A model generated the notes under the pieces. That model was not told the origin of the DNA. It did not search any database and worked only from the letters and a program-made list of their open reading frames with translations. The position numbers and the translations under genes are program-made. Of a stretch of DNA of 64,000 nucleotides, positions 1 through 8,968 are shown in pieces. This DNA comes from a virus: IMG/VR virus record IMGVR_UViG_3300029793_000467; one strand, written 5' to 3'. Position 1 is the first letter of the stretch. Each line of letters starts with the position of its first letter.

Positions 1-312
1 TCACGGAAGAATCCTCAGATTTTTAGAAAAAGTTCCTTCGGGGGGGGGGTCTATGCCAGCTTGCTCATACGTGACATCCCCTGCAAGGAACTCAAACAGA
101 AAATCCAAAGCCGCCAGCAGGGCCTCGATAATCACCACGACGGACGGAATGGCCAGAAGCCCGACCGCATACGTTCCAAATACGAGATGAAGCAACACAA
201 TCGCCAGCAACGTGAACACGAACACCGCCAGCAACAGGCTGAAACCCCGATGGAAGGCTTTCAACAATTCGGCTTCGATTCTACGAAACCTTAATCTCGT
301 TTTCTTCGACAT
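1..312 (-). CDS. small hydrophobic membrane protein (103 aa)
   Basis: Complete ORF. The rc TGA stop lies at positions 1-3. Two predicted TM helices. Overlaps the next gene by 32 nt. Confidence 0.4.
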   Translation of the reverse strand: MSKKTRLRFRRIEAELLKAFHRGFSLLLAVFVFTLLAIVLLHLVFGTYAVGLLAIPSVVVIIEALLAALDFLFEFLAGDVTYEQAGIDPPPEGTFSKNLRILP

Positions 313-550
313 GCTTTTCTTGCCTCCAATCGTCCACCGACAGGAGAAACAACGCCAGTGGAAACACGACTAGAAACAGTATGCCGCATACGACGAAAGG
401 CAAACCCCAATACCAAGAAAATCGTTTCAGCAAAAAAGAGCCGACAAGCCCCAACAGGGACACCATTCCGGACAGCAAGTACAAACCCAGACCATACCGG
501 AACATAGCATAGGACACTCGCTCAAGGAACGTTTCGTTCTCCTCCTTCAT
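281..550 (-). CDS. small membrane protein (start at internal Met MKEENETF)
   Basis: ORF 281..613, with the start moved to the Met that precedes the hydrophobic segments. 2-3 TM helices. Confidence 0.4.
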   Translation of the reverse strand: MKEENETFLERVSYAMFRYGLGLYLLSGMVSLLGLVGSFLLKRFSWYWGLPFVVCGILFLVVFPLALFLLSVDDWRQEKHVEENEIKVS

Positions 551-551
551 G

Positions 552-1124
552 TCAGCGCTCCTTTCCGGTCGGGTTCCACACGCCATCGGACTTGTCCAGT
601 TTCGCAAGACCACGGGCTTGCAGACGGTAGGCGATTCGATTCTGCGATTCGGTCAGCTCCTTGTCCTGCCAGATGGCGGACAGGACGGTCTGCTCCTCGT
701 CGGTCAGCATGGATTCCAGCAGTCGGATTCGACGCTCCAACGTCTTCTTGGCGCGGGTGTAGCCGGACTTGTGGTCGCAAGCGAGTTCGGCCATGCCTTT
801 CCAGAATCCTCGCATGTTCTGCCAGTTGAGTCGGGCGAGTTTCCTCAGCATATGCACTGATTCGTCGTCCATGTGGAAGTAACAGTAGGGTGGAACAAAC
901 GAGTCGAGCGGATAGAGTCCAAGAGGCTCGTAGGGGCTTTCCTCTTTCGCTCGGTTCAGATACCAGAGGGCTTTCCTTAAGTCTTCCAGACCGTTCTTGC
1001 CCTGCCAGCGGTACACGTATTTGATTGCGTTGCCTCCTAGGAACGGGTATCGTGATGTCAGTTCGATGCATTCGAAGGGGCCTGACGTGTAGTGGTTGGG
1101 GTGGTTGACGTTATCGTTGTGCAA
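552..1124 (-). CDS. DUF3310-like N-terminal domain fused to C-terminal HTH (sigma region-4/LuxR-like) protein
   Basis: N-terminal motif NHPNHY..FECIE..AIKYVYR, as in phage DUF3310 proteins. The C-terminal segment EEQTVLSAIWQDKELTESQNRIAYRLQARGLAKL looks like an HTH. TTG start with an AGGAG RBS. Confidence 0.5.
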   Translation of the reverse strand: MHNDNVNHPNHYTSGPFECIELTSRYPFLGGNAIKYVYRWQGKNGLEDLRKALWYLNRAKEESPYEPLGLYPLDSFVPPYCYFHMDDESVHMLRKLARLNWQNMRGFWKGMAELACDHKSGYTRAKKTLERRIRLLESMLTDEEQTVLSAIWQDKELTESQNRIAYRLQARGLAKLDKSDGVWNPTGKER

Positions 1125-1680
1125 GTTTTTCTCCTAAACGATAGGCTGTATGTGAACGTTTCCAGTATAGCATACCATTTCTAATGGGGGTAAGAGCCTT
1201 GCGATACTCCTTCGAAAGCTCATCATACGAACGTTTCAAAGACCTAGCCCTCCGATTGTCGCCATCCAAATCCGTGGAGCAATGCAGATTCTCATATTCC
1301 TTCGGTTTCTTATCCTGCAAAGCGGCCAACGTGTCCAAATCATATGATTCGTCCAATTCGTTGAACTTGGAAGACACCTGAGCATACAGTCGGAGCGACT
1401 TATTATACGATTCCGTCATCCTGCTGACTTGTTGGAAACAGGCGTCCTCAGCTTCGGCATGGGCACGCTTCGCCTTGCCTTGGGTATCCCACCAATAGTA
1501 TCCGCCGCCACAACACAAGGACAGGGCGACAAGAACGGACAGTACGGCGGCTATCCTTTTCTGCACACGCTGTCTCGCCCATTCCTCACCATCCCTCACC
1601 CCGGCGGCGATAAGACTATCAAAAGAAGGCGTCTCGCCTATCGTTGTCGGTCGGGCTTGTCTGTTTGAATGCCTTCCCAA
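1111..1680 (-). CDS. membrane-anchored coiled-coil hypothetical protein
   Basis: 189-aa ORF with one TM helix (AAVLSVLVALSLCC). Charged coiled-coil-like C-terminus. Confidence 0.45.
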   Translation of the reverse strand: MGRHSNRQARPTTIGETPSFDSLIAAGVRDGEEWARQRVQKRIAAVLSVLVALSLCCGGGYYWWDTQGKAKRAHAEAEDACFQQVSRMTESYNKSLRLYAQVSSKFNELDESYDLDTLAALQDKKPKEYENLHCSTDLDGDNRRARSLKRSYDELSKEYRKALTPIRNGMLYWKRSHTAYRLGEKLAQR

Positions 1681-1686
1681 TTATGG

Positions 1687-2076
1687 TCAGTCCTTGAAAC
1701 TCGGGAAAGATAAGTCCAGCCTCGGCTCAAACTCCGAACAATACACGGGAGAGCCTTCACAGAGGGCACGGTTGAGGTTTTCAGCGAACTTGTATGCCTG
1801 TAGTCTCCGTTCAGGCTCACTGCCCCGCAAGCATTTGCTGGCGGGAGTGTCTTGGAACCCGTGGGCGTCCTTCTGTGCCTTGGTGAGAAGGTTCTGCAAC
1901 TGTCCGACGGTCAGCGAAGTGGCCTTCCCCGCTTCCAGTCTTCCGGTCTCACGCAGTTTTTGGATGGCATACTCGTTGTGGGACAAGTCCAAGCATGTAT
2001 GCCATTGAGTTTTTCCTTCCGGATTGTCTCCCAGTAGAAGCGTTACCCTTCTGGTGTCCTCTGCGAGTTCCGACAT
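1687..2076 (-). CDS. hypothetical protein (~130 aa)
   Basis: ORF 1687..2298. The N-terminal 74 codons are Arg/His-rich junk-like, so the start was placed at Met MSELAED, which has an AAGGAAAC RBS. Confidence 0.4.
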   Translation of the reverse strand: MSELAEDTRRVTLLLGDNPEGKTQWHTCLDLSHNEYAIQKLRETGRLEAGKATSLTVGQLQNLLTKAQKDAHGFQDTPASKCLRGSEPERRLQAYKFAENLNRALCEGSPVYCSEFEPRLDLSFPSFKD

Positions 2077-2093
2077 TATGTTTTTGTTTCCTT

Positions 2094-2363
2094 TCAGTTT
2101 TTCAGGCCGTAGTAGACGACCCCGTTTGTTTCTTTTGTGCGGTCGAACAGTTCGTGGCCGCGTTGTGTGGTTTCGATGCTTCTGATTACGACTTCCGGCG
2201 CGTCGAAAATGGTCATGGGTTCCTGTCCTGCAAGTTTCGCCCACTGGTTTTGGATGACGGTGAGCGTGACCCGGCTGTTGGAGTCGAGTTGTCGGCATTG
2301 TCGCTCGTGCTGGTGTTTGCGCACGTAGTCGGATGCGACATCGGCCAGTGTGGTTCTAGGCAT
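2094..2363 (-). CDS. hypothetical protein (~89 aa)
   Basis: Start at MPRTTLADV. A weak promoter element lies upstream at 2388-2410. Confidence 0.4.
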   Translation of the reverse strand: MPRTTLADVASDYVRKHQHERQCRQLDSNSRVTLTVIQNQWAKLAGQEPMTIFDAPEVVIRSIETTQRGHELFDRTKETNGVVYYGLKN

Positions 2364-2387
2364 GTGTTTTCCTTGCTTTTGCTTGAA

Positions 2388-2410
2388 TGTGGTTGATTCC
2401 AGTATAACAA
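2388..2410 (-). promoter_or_regulatory. conserved promoter element (weak variant)
   Basis: TTATACTGGAATCAA in gene orientation. Confidence 0.35.
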
Positions 2411-2419
2411 GGAAATGTT

Positions 2420-2824
2420 TCAAATTTGGCTTTTACATAAATTCCGACGCCAACGGGCGAAATATATCCAAGCCGGAATGTCGGCGGAAACCGCCGCCAC
2501 ACCAATCAAGCCAGTCAGAATAGGTCGGACAATCATATCCTCTGGTTCCGAAACCGGCATGAACCAGAGAAGCGGCACCGTTCCAGCCAAGAAAACAATA
2601 CTTACGGCGAGCATGACGAATAGCATGACCTGTTCTATGGGATGTTTGGGTTTATCTGTTTTAGTCCGCGACCTTTTGATTTTTGGCGGCTTACCGTCAT
2701 GCTTGCCATGTCTGCCATACATGGTGGTCTCCCTGTTGTCTGGATGGCTGGACGCCATGCGTGTGATGGACGCGGGGTCGATGACGGTGGTGAGTTCCCC
2801 GGTGTCTTCTGATTGTGGTTTCAA
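2420..2824 (-). CDS. hypothetical membrane protein (TTG start)
   Basis: The conserved promoter element (2841-2863) lies inside the long ORF. An AGGGAG RBS sits 5 nt before TTG 2824. Two TM helices. Confidence 0.45.
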   Translation of the reverse strand: MKPQSEDTGELTTVIDPASITRMASSHPDNRETTMYGRHGKHDGKPPKIKRSRTKTDKPKHPIEQVMLFVMLAVSIVFLAGTVPLLWFMPVSEPEDMIVRPILTGLIGVAAVSADIPAWIYFARWRRNLCKSQI

Positions 2825-2840
2825 AAATACTCCCTCTCTA

Positions 2841-2863
2841 TGTAGATAATCCCAGTATAGTAC
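2841..2863 (-). promoter_or_regulatory. conserved promoter element
   Basis: rc TACTATACTGGGATTATCTACA. Confidence 0.45.
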
Positions 2864-2970
2864 GTGATAGTACATAGTTTTTTCTCGCGCATCACAAAAC
2901 GGATAGTCAAAGTCGATAACAGAAAGGAGCGTGTCCAAAAACGCGCTCCTTAAAAACAAGCCAACAGACA

Positions 2971-3471
2971 CTACCAGTCGATGAGCATGTCGCCGTGGAC
3001 GATTTCTCTCGCATACTTAATCAGGTCGGCGTCCGATTCGACACTGGGGTCGTCCACCAGCCTTTTCAGAGTGTGTAACACCGCTTGCTCGTATCCTTCC
3101 CAAAACTCTTTCGGAAGATATTTGCTCCAAAAATATTCCCCCATGAAAGCCACGCAGGGTTTGCACATTCGGACTATTGGAATATGCTCTTTCGGAGCGT
3201 TCTCGTCTCCCATGGTGAGGAATTCCAGATAAACGTACTTTTTATCCGCTTTGAAGAACAGAATGTTCTCTTTTGCTGGATTAGGGTCGCCTTCCAGTAC
3301 GAAGTCCGGGTCTCCGAAATGCATCCCGAATACGATTCCAGCATCGTAATTGTTGAGCCGATTGACGCAATCGCGGAGTGCTGAACTGTTGCATCGACAC
3401 CAGTTCGGATAATCCGATAACGACACCTCGCATCTGGTACATGCGGGGCATTCTTTTTCTTCGTTTTCCAA
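2971..3471 (-). CDS. Cys-rich hypothetical protein (CPACTRC..C.C, CKPC)
   Basis: ORF 2971..3504. TTG 3471 with an AGAGGA RBS avoids overlap with the upstream gene. Multiple CxxC pairs suggest a zinc-binding protein. Confidence 0.4.
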   Translation of the reverse strand: MENEEKECPACTRCEVSLSDYPNWCRCNSSALRDCVNRLNNYDAGIVFGMHFGDPDFVLEGDPNPAKENILFFKADKKYVYLEFLTMGDENAPKEHIPIVRMCKPCVAFMGEYFWSKYLPKEFWEGYEQAVLHTLKRLVDDPSVESDADLIKYAREIVHGDMLIDW

Positions 3472-3487
3472 TATTATTCCTCTCTTT

Positions 3488-4486
3488 TTAGATAGCCGTT
3501 TCAAGCAGAACCGGGGGAAGGCACTGTTTCCAATTGACTCGCAACGCGCTCGTCAAATCGTTCATGTTCAATGCGAACAGTCCGGAATTCATCAAACCGT
3601 TCAATTCCACGATTGACACTTCACCGTTGATAAGACACAGGTCGAGCGTGTACGCGCCGTAACCGCAGTGGGCGAACATGCGTCCGGCTCGCGTGGCGAA
3701 CTCACGGTATCGTTCCGCCAATTCCGGTCTGAGTTCAACATTCTTAACGGTGGTGTCGTCACGATGCTTCTGCATTTGAGGGTCGAATCTCGTATGCATG
3801 TTGTCGATTGGTGTTTTCAATCCGATATTGCCAGCGCCGCAGACAGGCTGGTTGCCGACCATGAACATGCGATACTCGTATTGGATATCGACATTCTCCT
3901 GAATAAGCAGAGCATTCGGGTCATCATCCGCACGAACAAACGCCCAACCTCCCCACTCCTGCACCTGCTGTTCAAGCTCGTCAAGATTAGTTCCGGAGAT
4001 TTTCAAATTCGGTAGCATTTTGGCTTGGTTCATGAATTTGATGAAGAACGACGAGACACCGTCCTTAATAAGAGAAGCGAACGCATGTTTGATGTCATCC
4101 TCGTAGATGGAACTGAGTTTCGTCTTCCGATGCATGAGCATGCGCACGTTGGGATTGATGGCGTAACGGTCGGCATGAGATGGGTCTGCATACTGGTCGA
4201 TTGGCGGCATGTTCAACACTTGTCCGAAGTGCGGTAATCCGATTAGCCTCTTCGAGTCGAGGTCGGTTTTCCCATGCACTCGGACTATGGCGTCCTCACC
4301 TAGATTGCGGACGCCCCAGTAGAGTCGGGAACAGGTTTCAATCCAATCCTCACGGTCTCCACCTTCCGGCTTGACCTTGCCGACGTACTTTTCCCATATT
4401 TGAATGTAATAGTTAGGGATGCCGGTCATGTCATCGGGGCATTTGACGGGTGGAATGGAAATGACCCACGGTTTCCTATCGGTCAA
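3488..4486 (-). CDS. ATP-grasp-like protein
   Basis: 332 aa. The C-terminal region (CGYGAYTLDLCLINGEVSIVELNGLMNSGLF) resembles an ATP-grasp catalytic tail. TTG start with an AAGGAG RBS. Confidence 0.4.
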   Translation of the reverse strand: MTDRKPWVISIPPVKCPDDMTGIPNYYIQIWEKYVGKVKPEGGDREDWIETCSRLYWGVRNLGEDAIVRVHGKTDLDSKRLIGLPHFGQVLNMPPIDQYADPSHADRYAINPNVRMLMHRKTKLSSIYEDDIKHAFASLIKDGVSSFFIKFMNQAKMLPNLKISGTNLDELEQQVQEWGGWAFVRADDDPNALLIQENVDIQYEYRMFMVGNQPVCGAGNIGLKTPIDNMHTRFDPQMQKHRDDTTVKNVELRPELAERYREFATRAGRMFAHCGYGAYTLDLCLINGEVSIVELNGLMNSGLFALNMNDLTSALRVNWKQCLPPVLLETAI

Positions 4487-4680
4487 TCTATAGCTCCTTT
4501 TCGAGTATTGTTGGCGTATTCGATTCCAGCCTTGAAAGCTTCCACCGCGTAGTCGTGGAGTATTTCAAGCTGTCTGAGACTGAACCCATCCTCCAAATGC
4601 GGGGACAGGTCGGGTAGGTTTTCTTCTATCGTCTCTTCCGACATGTTGGAGATATTCAATTCGCCACTTCTTTGTTTCAT
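4483..4680 (-). CDS. small acidic hypothetical protein
   Basis: The start is uncertain (ATG 4680 or 4644). The promoter element at 4690-4710 lies inside the longer ORF. Confidence 0.3.
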   Translation of the reverse strand: MKQRSGELNISNMSEETIEENLPDLSPHLEDGFSLRQLEILHDYAVEAFKAGIEYANNTRKGAID

Positions 4681-4689
4681 CCGGCGTTT

Positions 4690-4710
4690 GTAAACATCCC
4701 CAGTATAACA
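4690..4710 (-). promoter_or_regulatory. conserved promoter element
   Basis: rc TGTTATACTGGGGATGTTTACA. Confidence 0.45.
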
Positions 4711-4779
4711 AGACATGAATGATATGAAAGACGAAACAGGGGTCTGCACACAAAAGTAAGCCCAGACCCCTATTCGACA

Positions 4780-5835
4780 TCAAAGACCGTGCTTGGTCAG
4801 ATACTTGTTGTTGATGATTTTAAAGCAACGGTTGCTGCCAAGCTCGTTGTACAGGTCGTCGCTCAACCGTTCGCCCGCTTTCGCATGCCAGACGATTCCT
4901 TCGTCCAACAAGTCGCGGGTCACGTTGCCTCTCAGACCATCCACTTTGGCAATCATGTCCATCACATCGCCGGTCGGCTTCCACTCGGTCTCGTCTAACA
5001 GTGGGACGGCGTTGTCAAGCATGGCTTTCGGCCAATCCCTACGGTCGAGTTTCATGTTGTCACGCCATACGGCGAACACGAATGGACGATAGGACGCCAG
5101 CTTCAACCTGTTGCCGTTGACACTTGGGCCGCACAGCTCGAACTGGCAGACCATGCCTTTCTCCAACGCGTCAACCAATCCGGTTTTCACCGCCACCTGC
5201 ATGTTCGTGCATTCCGGCTTCAACTCCCAATTGCGAGAGTAGACGTGAACCGTATCATCCATATCACGGTAGATTGTGGTGCTGGTGCCGTCCACCTTCA
5301 CGGTCGGAGTCCACGCAATCCGCCTGATTTCATCCCAATACGCGGTGAGATTCTGCACTCGTGTGGCGTCGGACTTGGAGCATGGCGCGTTGAAAGCGCC
5401 AATCATGTCACCGCCTTTCAATGGTGGCAGTTCTTCATACTTCCACACGTCCGCCTGTAAGGTGATATCAGTGCCGATGGGAGTGTCCTCCGGTACGCCA
5501 ATCGTTGAAAGCGGCATGACTAGTCCTTGACTGTACACTCCGCGCAGTCGCGCGGTACGTAGCACGTGTCCGGTGATTTCCTTCTCTTCGCCGGTAATCG
5601 TGTTGGACACGGGAACGGTACGCTGACCACGCTTCTGCAAGTCCGTATAGCGTGGGTCGTTGGCTGGAAGCATGGAATCGATTTCGAAATATGCCACATG
5701 GTCGCCGGGCTTTAATCCCATGTCCTTGCCTACTACGACAATCCATCCGCCAATGCGAACCTTCTCGATACGGTCTGCGTTCTCAATGGGATACACTCCC
5801 TCAATCTTTTGAACGCTCACCATTTTTCTAACCAT
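4780..5835 (-). CDS. ATP-dependent RNA ligase-like (nucleotidyltransferase KxDG motif)
   Basis: 351 aa. KVDG (ligase motif I) is embedded in TPTVKVDGTS. The overall architecture resembles the Rnl/DRB0094 RNA-ligase family. AAGGAAAAC RBS. Confidence 0.5.
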   Translation of the reverse strand: MVRKMVSVQKIEGVYPIENADRIEKVRIGGWIVVVGKDMGLKPGDHVAYFEIDSMLPANDPRYTDLQKRGQRTVPVSNTITGEEKEITGHVLRTARLRGVYSQGLVMPLSTIGVPEDTPIGTDITLQADVWKYEELPPLKGGDMIGAFNAPCSKSDATRVQNLTAYWDEIRRIAWTPTVKVDGTSTTIYRDMDDTVHVYSRNWELKPECTNMQVAVKTGLVDALEKGMVCQFELCGPSVNGNRLKLASYRPFVFAVWRDNMKLDRRDWPKAMLDNAVPLLDETEWKPTGDVMDMIAKVDGLRGNVTRDLLDEGIVWHAKAGERLSDDLYNELGSNRCFKIINNKYLTKHGL

Positions 5836-5897
5836 CAGGTTTTCCTTTCTAACAGTAAGAGGAGGGAAGCCGGTATCGGCTCCTCCCCGAAAAAATG

Positions 5898-6785
5898 TCA
5901 GTCCTTGTCAGACAGTGGGGTCAACCGCAACGGGAACTGTTCCTCCAGTTCGAGGGCGATAAGAACCCTTTCGTCCACCGGAACATCATGTGAGGCCAGC
6001 TTGTCCAGCAAAGCCGACAGGCTGGAATGACCTCCCAGATGATACTGTTTGCCACGATACTGTTCCGGCAATGCCACGGGAGTGCGATGCTCCTTGCTCC
6101 ACGGTTCGCTACGCAGAACATCCAACGTGATGGGAGTGTTGGATTCTTCCATCTTGCGACGCGCGTTCCAATACGTTTCGTCGCACTGGTAGCGGCATTC
6201 CGGAACATCCACCTCATACTTTCCATCCTTGTAACGGATGACCGTCACATAGCCGTAAATGTGGGAGTCCTCCTCCCATGGTGTGTAGATGAGCGTCTGA
6301 TAATCCAATTCGTCGTACATCTGGTCGAGACTGACGTTCAAGTAGACGGACAGAAGCCTGACGGTGCCGAAGGAAGCGTGTTCGAGCGCACGCTGGTCGT
6401 GGCTCCAACGGTTGATATCCTCGACAATCTCGTCCACCGGCTTCAACTGTTCCGGGTCAAGGTCGCGGATTTCGTCAACGGAATACGAATCGTATTCGTC
6501 GCATGCGATTTCCTCGGCAAGCTCACGGACGGTCATGCCGCTGGTTGCGAGAATGGTTTTCAGCCCAGACTGCGTGTCGTGGCAGAGCGGACAGCCACAG
6601 TATTGGATGTTGCGCAGATTGCGCATCAACTCCGTGTAATCCTTGCCGGTCGCATAATGGGTGCCGTCCGGCATGGCGTATCCGGGCTTCAAATGGGCGC
6701 GAAGCCCATCCTTGGTCTCCTGCGGGATGGTGTCGGAAACGTATTTGGCGTTCTCTCCGATAATCTGCTTTTCACTGGTGTCCAT
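5898..6785 (-). CDS. hypothetical protein (295 aa)
   Basis: Long ORF with a GAAAGG RBS and the same codon bias as its neighbours. Confidence 0.5.
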   Translation of the reverse strand: MDTSEKQIIGENAKYVSDTIPQETKDGLRAHLKPGYAMPDGTHYATGKDYTELMRNLRNIQYCGCPLCHDTQSGLKTILATSGMTVRELAEEIACDEYDSYSVDEIRDLDPEQLKPVDEIVEDINRWSHDQRALEHASFGTVRLLSVYLNVSLDQMYDELDYQTLIYTPWEEDSHIYGYVTVIRYKDGKYEVDVPECRYQCDETYWNARRKMEESNTPITLDVLRSEPWSKEHRTPVALPEQYRGKQYHLGGHSSLSALLDKLASHDVPVDERVLIALELEEQFPLRLTPLSDKD

Positions 6786-6793
6786 AAAACGGT

Positions 6794-7066
6794 TCAGCCT
6801 TTCTTCTCGCCGGTTTTCTTGGTGGACGTTTTTCGGGTTTTCGGTGGCCTGTGGAATTCAAGAACGTTTTCCTCATTCAAGGATTTGCGTTGCAAGGTCA
6901 TGACGGTTTTATGCGTGCGCATGCAATGCTGGCAGATGACCAATGTTCGAGCGTATGAGCATCGACCGTGACCGCCTGTTTGGACGACGGAGATGATGTA
7001 CTTGTAGCCGGTGTCCAAGTCGGTGACTCTTCCGCACAACATGCACGTGTATTTGGAACAAATCAC
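6794..7066 (-). CDS. small zinc-ribbon protein (CxxC..CxxC)
   Basis: Motifs CMLCGR..CQHC. The start codon is uncertain (GTG, ATT or ATG). Confidence 0.35.
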   Translation of the reverse strand: MICSKYTCMLCGRVTDLDTGYKYIISVVQTGGHGRCSYARTLVICQHCMRTHKTVMTLQRKSLNEENVLEFHRPPKTRKTSTKKTGEKKG

Positions 7067-7290
7067 GATTCGTTCTCGCCATCTTTATCGAGTTCATTGC
7101 GAACGATTTCCAAAGCCATGTCGATAGCCTCGTCCCAGCCTTTCCGCCATCCGATGACAAACGCTTCCGCCGGGGCGACTTTACCAAGCTTCGATTGGAG
7201 CAATGAGTGGACGGCCCTTTCTTTCAGTTCGTTTTCGTTCAAACTTTCTGCTCCTTTCCCTTGTCGGCCATCAGTGCGACGGCCAACCAT
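7063..7290 (-). CDS. hypothetical protein (75 aa)
   Basis: ORF. Overlaps the upstream gene by ~50 nt, so the start is uncertain. Confidence 0.3.
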   Translation of the reverse strand: MVGRRTDGRQGKGAESLNENELKERAVHSLLQSKLGKVAPAEAFVIGWRKGWDEAIDMALEIVRNELDKDGENES

Positions 7291-7865
7291 GCCGGTAGTG
7301 GTGTATTCTGTAATTTTTGTGCTTCCTTCCGGGTTTCAGCCACGCGAAGGAACGGCTCCTTGTCTTCGGTGAGCATGTCGCCCGCCATTTTGACCGTTTT
7401 CTTCGAAGTGGATAGAAGCTGTTCGGCCTTCTGGTCTCCGCCCCTCCACATGATTTGGAATCTAAGAGTTGCCCACAACCATGGATTGTCCCAAGAGTCA
7501 TTCGGAATATCGTTGGCTGCGAACAGGTGGAGCAAATGTCGGACACGTCGGGTCAGGCTGGCTTTGCTTGCGGAATATTTGCCGCGTTTGGAACCAGAGA
7601 GGAACGCTTTCATTCCTGTGTCGAACGCGTCTGGATTGGTGTGTTGGAGCACGCTCCCGGACAGGACTGTATCGTTCACGGTTTCGGCGCTGGTCAGATG
7701 CCATCCGTTGCAGATAGGGCAATGGTATGCGCGTTTCTCAGTGTGTTTCGGATTTCCTCGTCCTTTGATGACAGCCAATGCGAGTTGGGCTTCCCTTTTG
7801 TTGGGGTAGCGGACTTTGCTTCGGTTCAGAGTGCATTTACCTGCGGTCTTGTATAAGCTGTGCAT
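7239..7865 (-). CDS. hypothetical protein with CPICNGWH zinc-finger-like motif
   Basis: 208 aa. Preceded by the 40-bp conserved element and a mini-ORF. Confidence 0.45.
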   Translation of the reverse strand: MHSLYKTAGKCTLNRSKVRYPNKREAQLALAVIKGRGNPKHTEKRAYHCPICNGWHLTSAETVNDTVLSGSVLQHTNPDAFDTGMKAFLSGSKRGKYSASKASLTRRVRHLLHLFAANDIPNDSWDNPWLWATLRFQIMWRGGDQKAEQLLSTSKKTVKMAGDMLTEDKEPFLRVAETRKEAQKLQNTPLPAWLAVALMADKGKEQKV

Positions 7866-7896
7866 GATGTCCGTCTCCTCTTACTGTTCAGCAAAA

Positions 7897-7931
7897 GGAA
7901 GTAGTAATACGGCAGTATTCCAATCCCAATC
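7897..7931 (-). repeat. second conserved ~40-bp intergenic element, copy 1
   Basis: rc ATTGGGATTGGAATACTGCCGTATTACTACTTCCTT. Confidence 0.5.
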
Positions 7932-7993
7932 GTGCATGAGTTCGTATGGGTCGATGTTTTTTCATGGTGTTCTCCTTTTTTGGAATGGTTTTT

Positions 7994-8020
7994 TATGTGA
8001 ACACCCCCAGTATAACATAA
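7994..8020 (-). promoter_or_regulatory. conserved promoter element
   Basis: rc TGTTATACTGGGGGTGTTCACATA. Confidence 0.5.
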
Positions 8021-8037
8021 ACCATTAAAGAGGGCAA

Positions 8038-8298
8038 CTACCCCCTCTTCACAACCTTCGCACCATACTTATCGGCCCACTGACGAGCCAACGTCTTCGC
8101 CTGTTCCCTACAAGCACGACGACTGAAAGCCGCACTGAACGTATGAGAACGCTTCATATCCCAAACCTTCCCATTCTCACTATCATGCCGACGATACAAT
8201 ACAACCTTCAAAGCGATGACGGAACCATACTTGTCCCGCACCTTCTCAATGACCACGACCTTCTTGTTCTTGTGGCTTTTGTCGCTATGCTGGGACAT
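8038..8298 (-). CDS. hypothetical basic protein (start MSQHSDK, AGGAGG RBS)
   Basis: A strong AGGAGG sits 6 nt upstream of the internal ATG 8298. Confidence 0.45.
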   Translation of the reverse strand: MSQHSDKSHKNKKVVVIEKVRDKYGSVIALKVVLYRRHDSENGKVWDMKRSHTFSAAFSRRACREQAKTLARQWADKYGAKVVKRG

Positions 8299-8398
8299 TC
8301 CGGCTCCTCCTAAAAAAGAAAAACAGCGAGCACAATATTGTGCCCACTGTTCCACATAAGGAACATAGCCGCTTCCTGATTGTTTTCGTCAATCTCCG

Positions 8399-8968
8399 CT
8401 AAGCGTCCACGATGGTACGCGTCGCAGAGGAGCCTTTCGGCTTTTTTATCCAATGCATTCGCCTTTCGATATAATACGAGAACATGTACTTCCGACGCTC
8501 CCAGACCGGCGAATAAATCACATACTTGATGGTGTCCGTATCCCGCAGGATGACGCTGATTTCGCCAACACTGTCCCGTTGGATGAACTGCACGATACCT
8601 CGAACGGTTAGAGAACGCCGACTCAATAATATCCGGTCGCCAAGCTGAATTCGCTGCCCAACGAAACAATCATCTAATTCGGTCAGCAGTTCCGCACCGG
8701 TCTCGATGGACGAGTGGAAACTGTTCAGCGGGTTACGGAGAAAACTTCCAACCTTACAGTTCCAGTCGCGCTGTGCGTCGTGCAAGGTTTGGAAGCCGAC
8801 TCCGCCAGATGTTTGCAAACCATTATCCACTGGACAAAAGTGGGAGTATCCCCAACCTTTCGACAGAAAATATTGCTCGTCGTCCCAAGTGCAGTGGAGT
8901 TCAGATTTAGCCCGATACTTAAATTCGGGAATGCTGTTACAGCATGGGCATGTAAGAAGGTTTCTCAC
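8399..8968 (-). CDS. hypothetical protein, Cys-rich N-terminus (CPCCNS..C..C)
   Basis: 189 aa. ATGA overlap with the upstream gene. Confidence 0.45.
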   Translation of the reverse strand: MRNLLTCPCCNSIPEFKYRAKSELHCTWDDEQYFLSKGWGYSHFCPVDNGLQTSGGVGFQTLHDAQRDWNCKVGSFLRNPLNSFHSSIETGAELLTELDDCFVGQRIQLGDRILLSRRSLTVRGIVQFIQRDSVGEISVILRDTDTIKYVIYSPVWERRKYMFSYYIERRMHWIKKPKGSSATRTIVDA

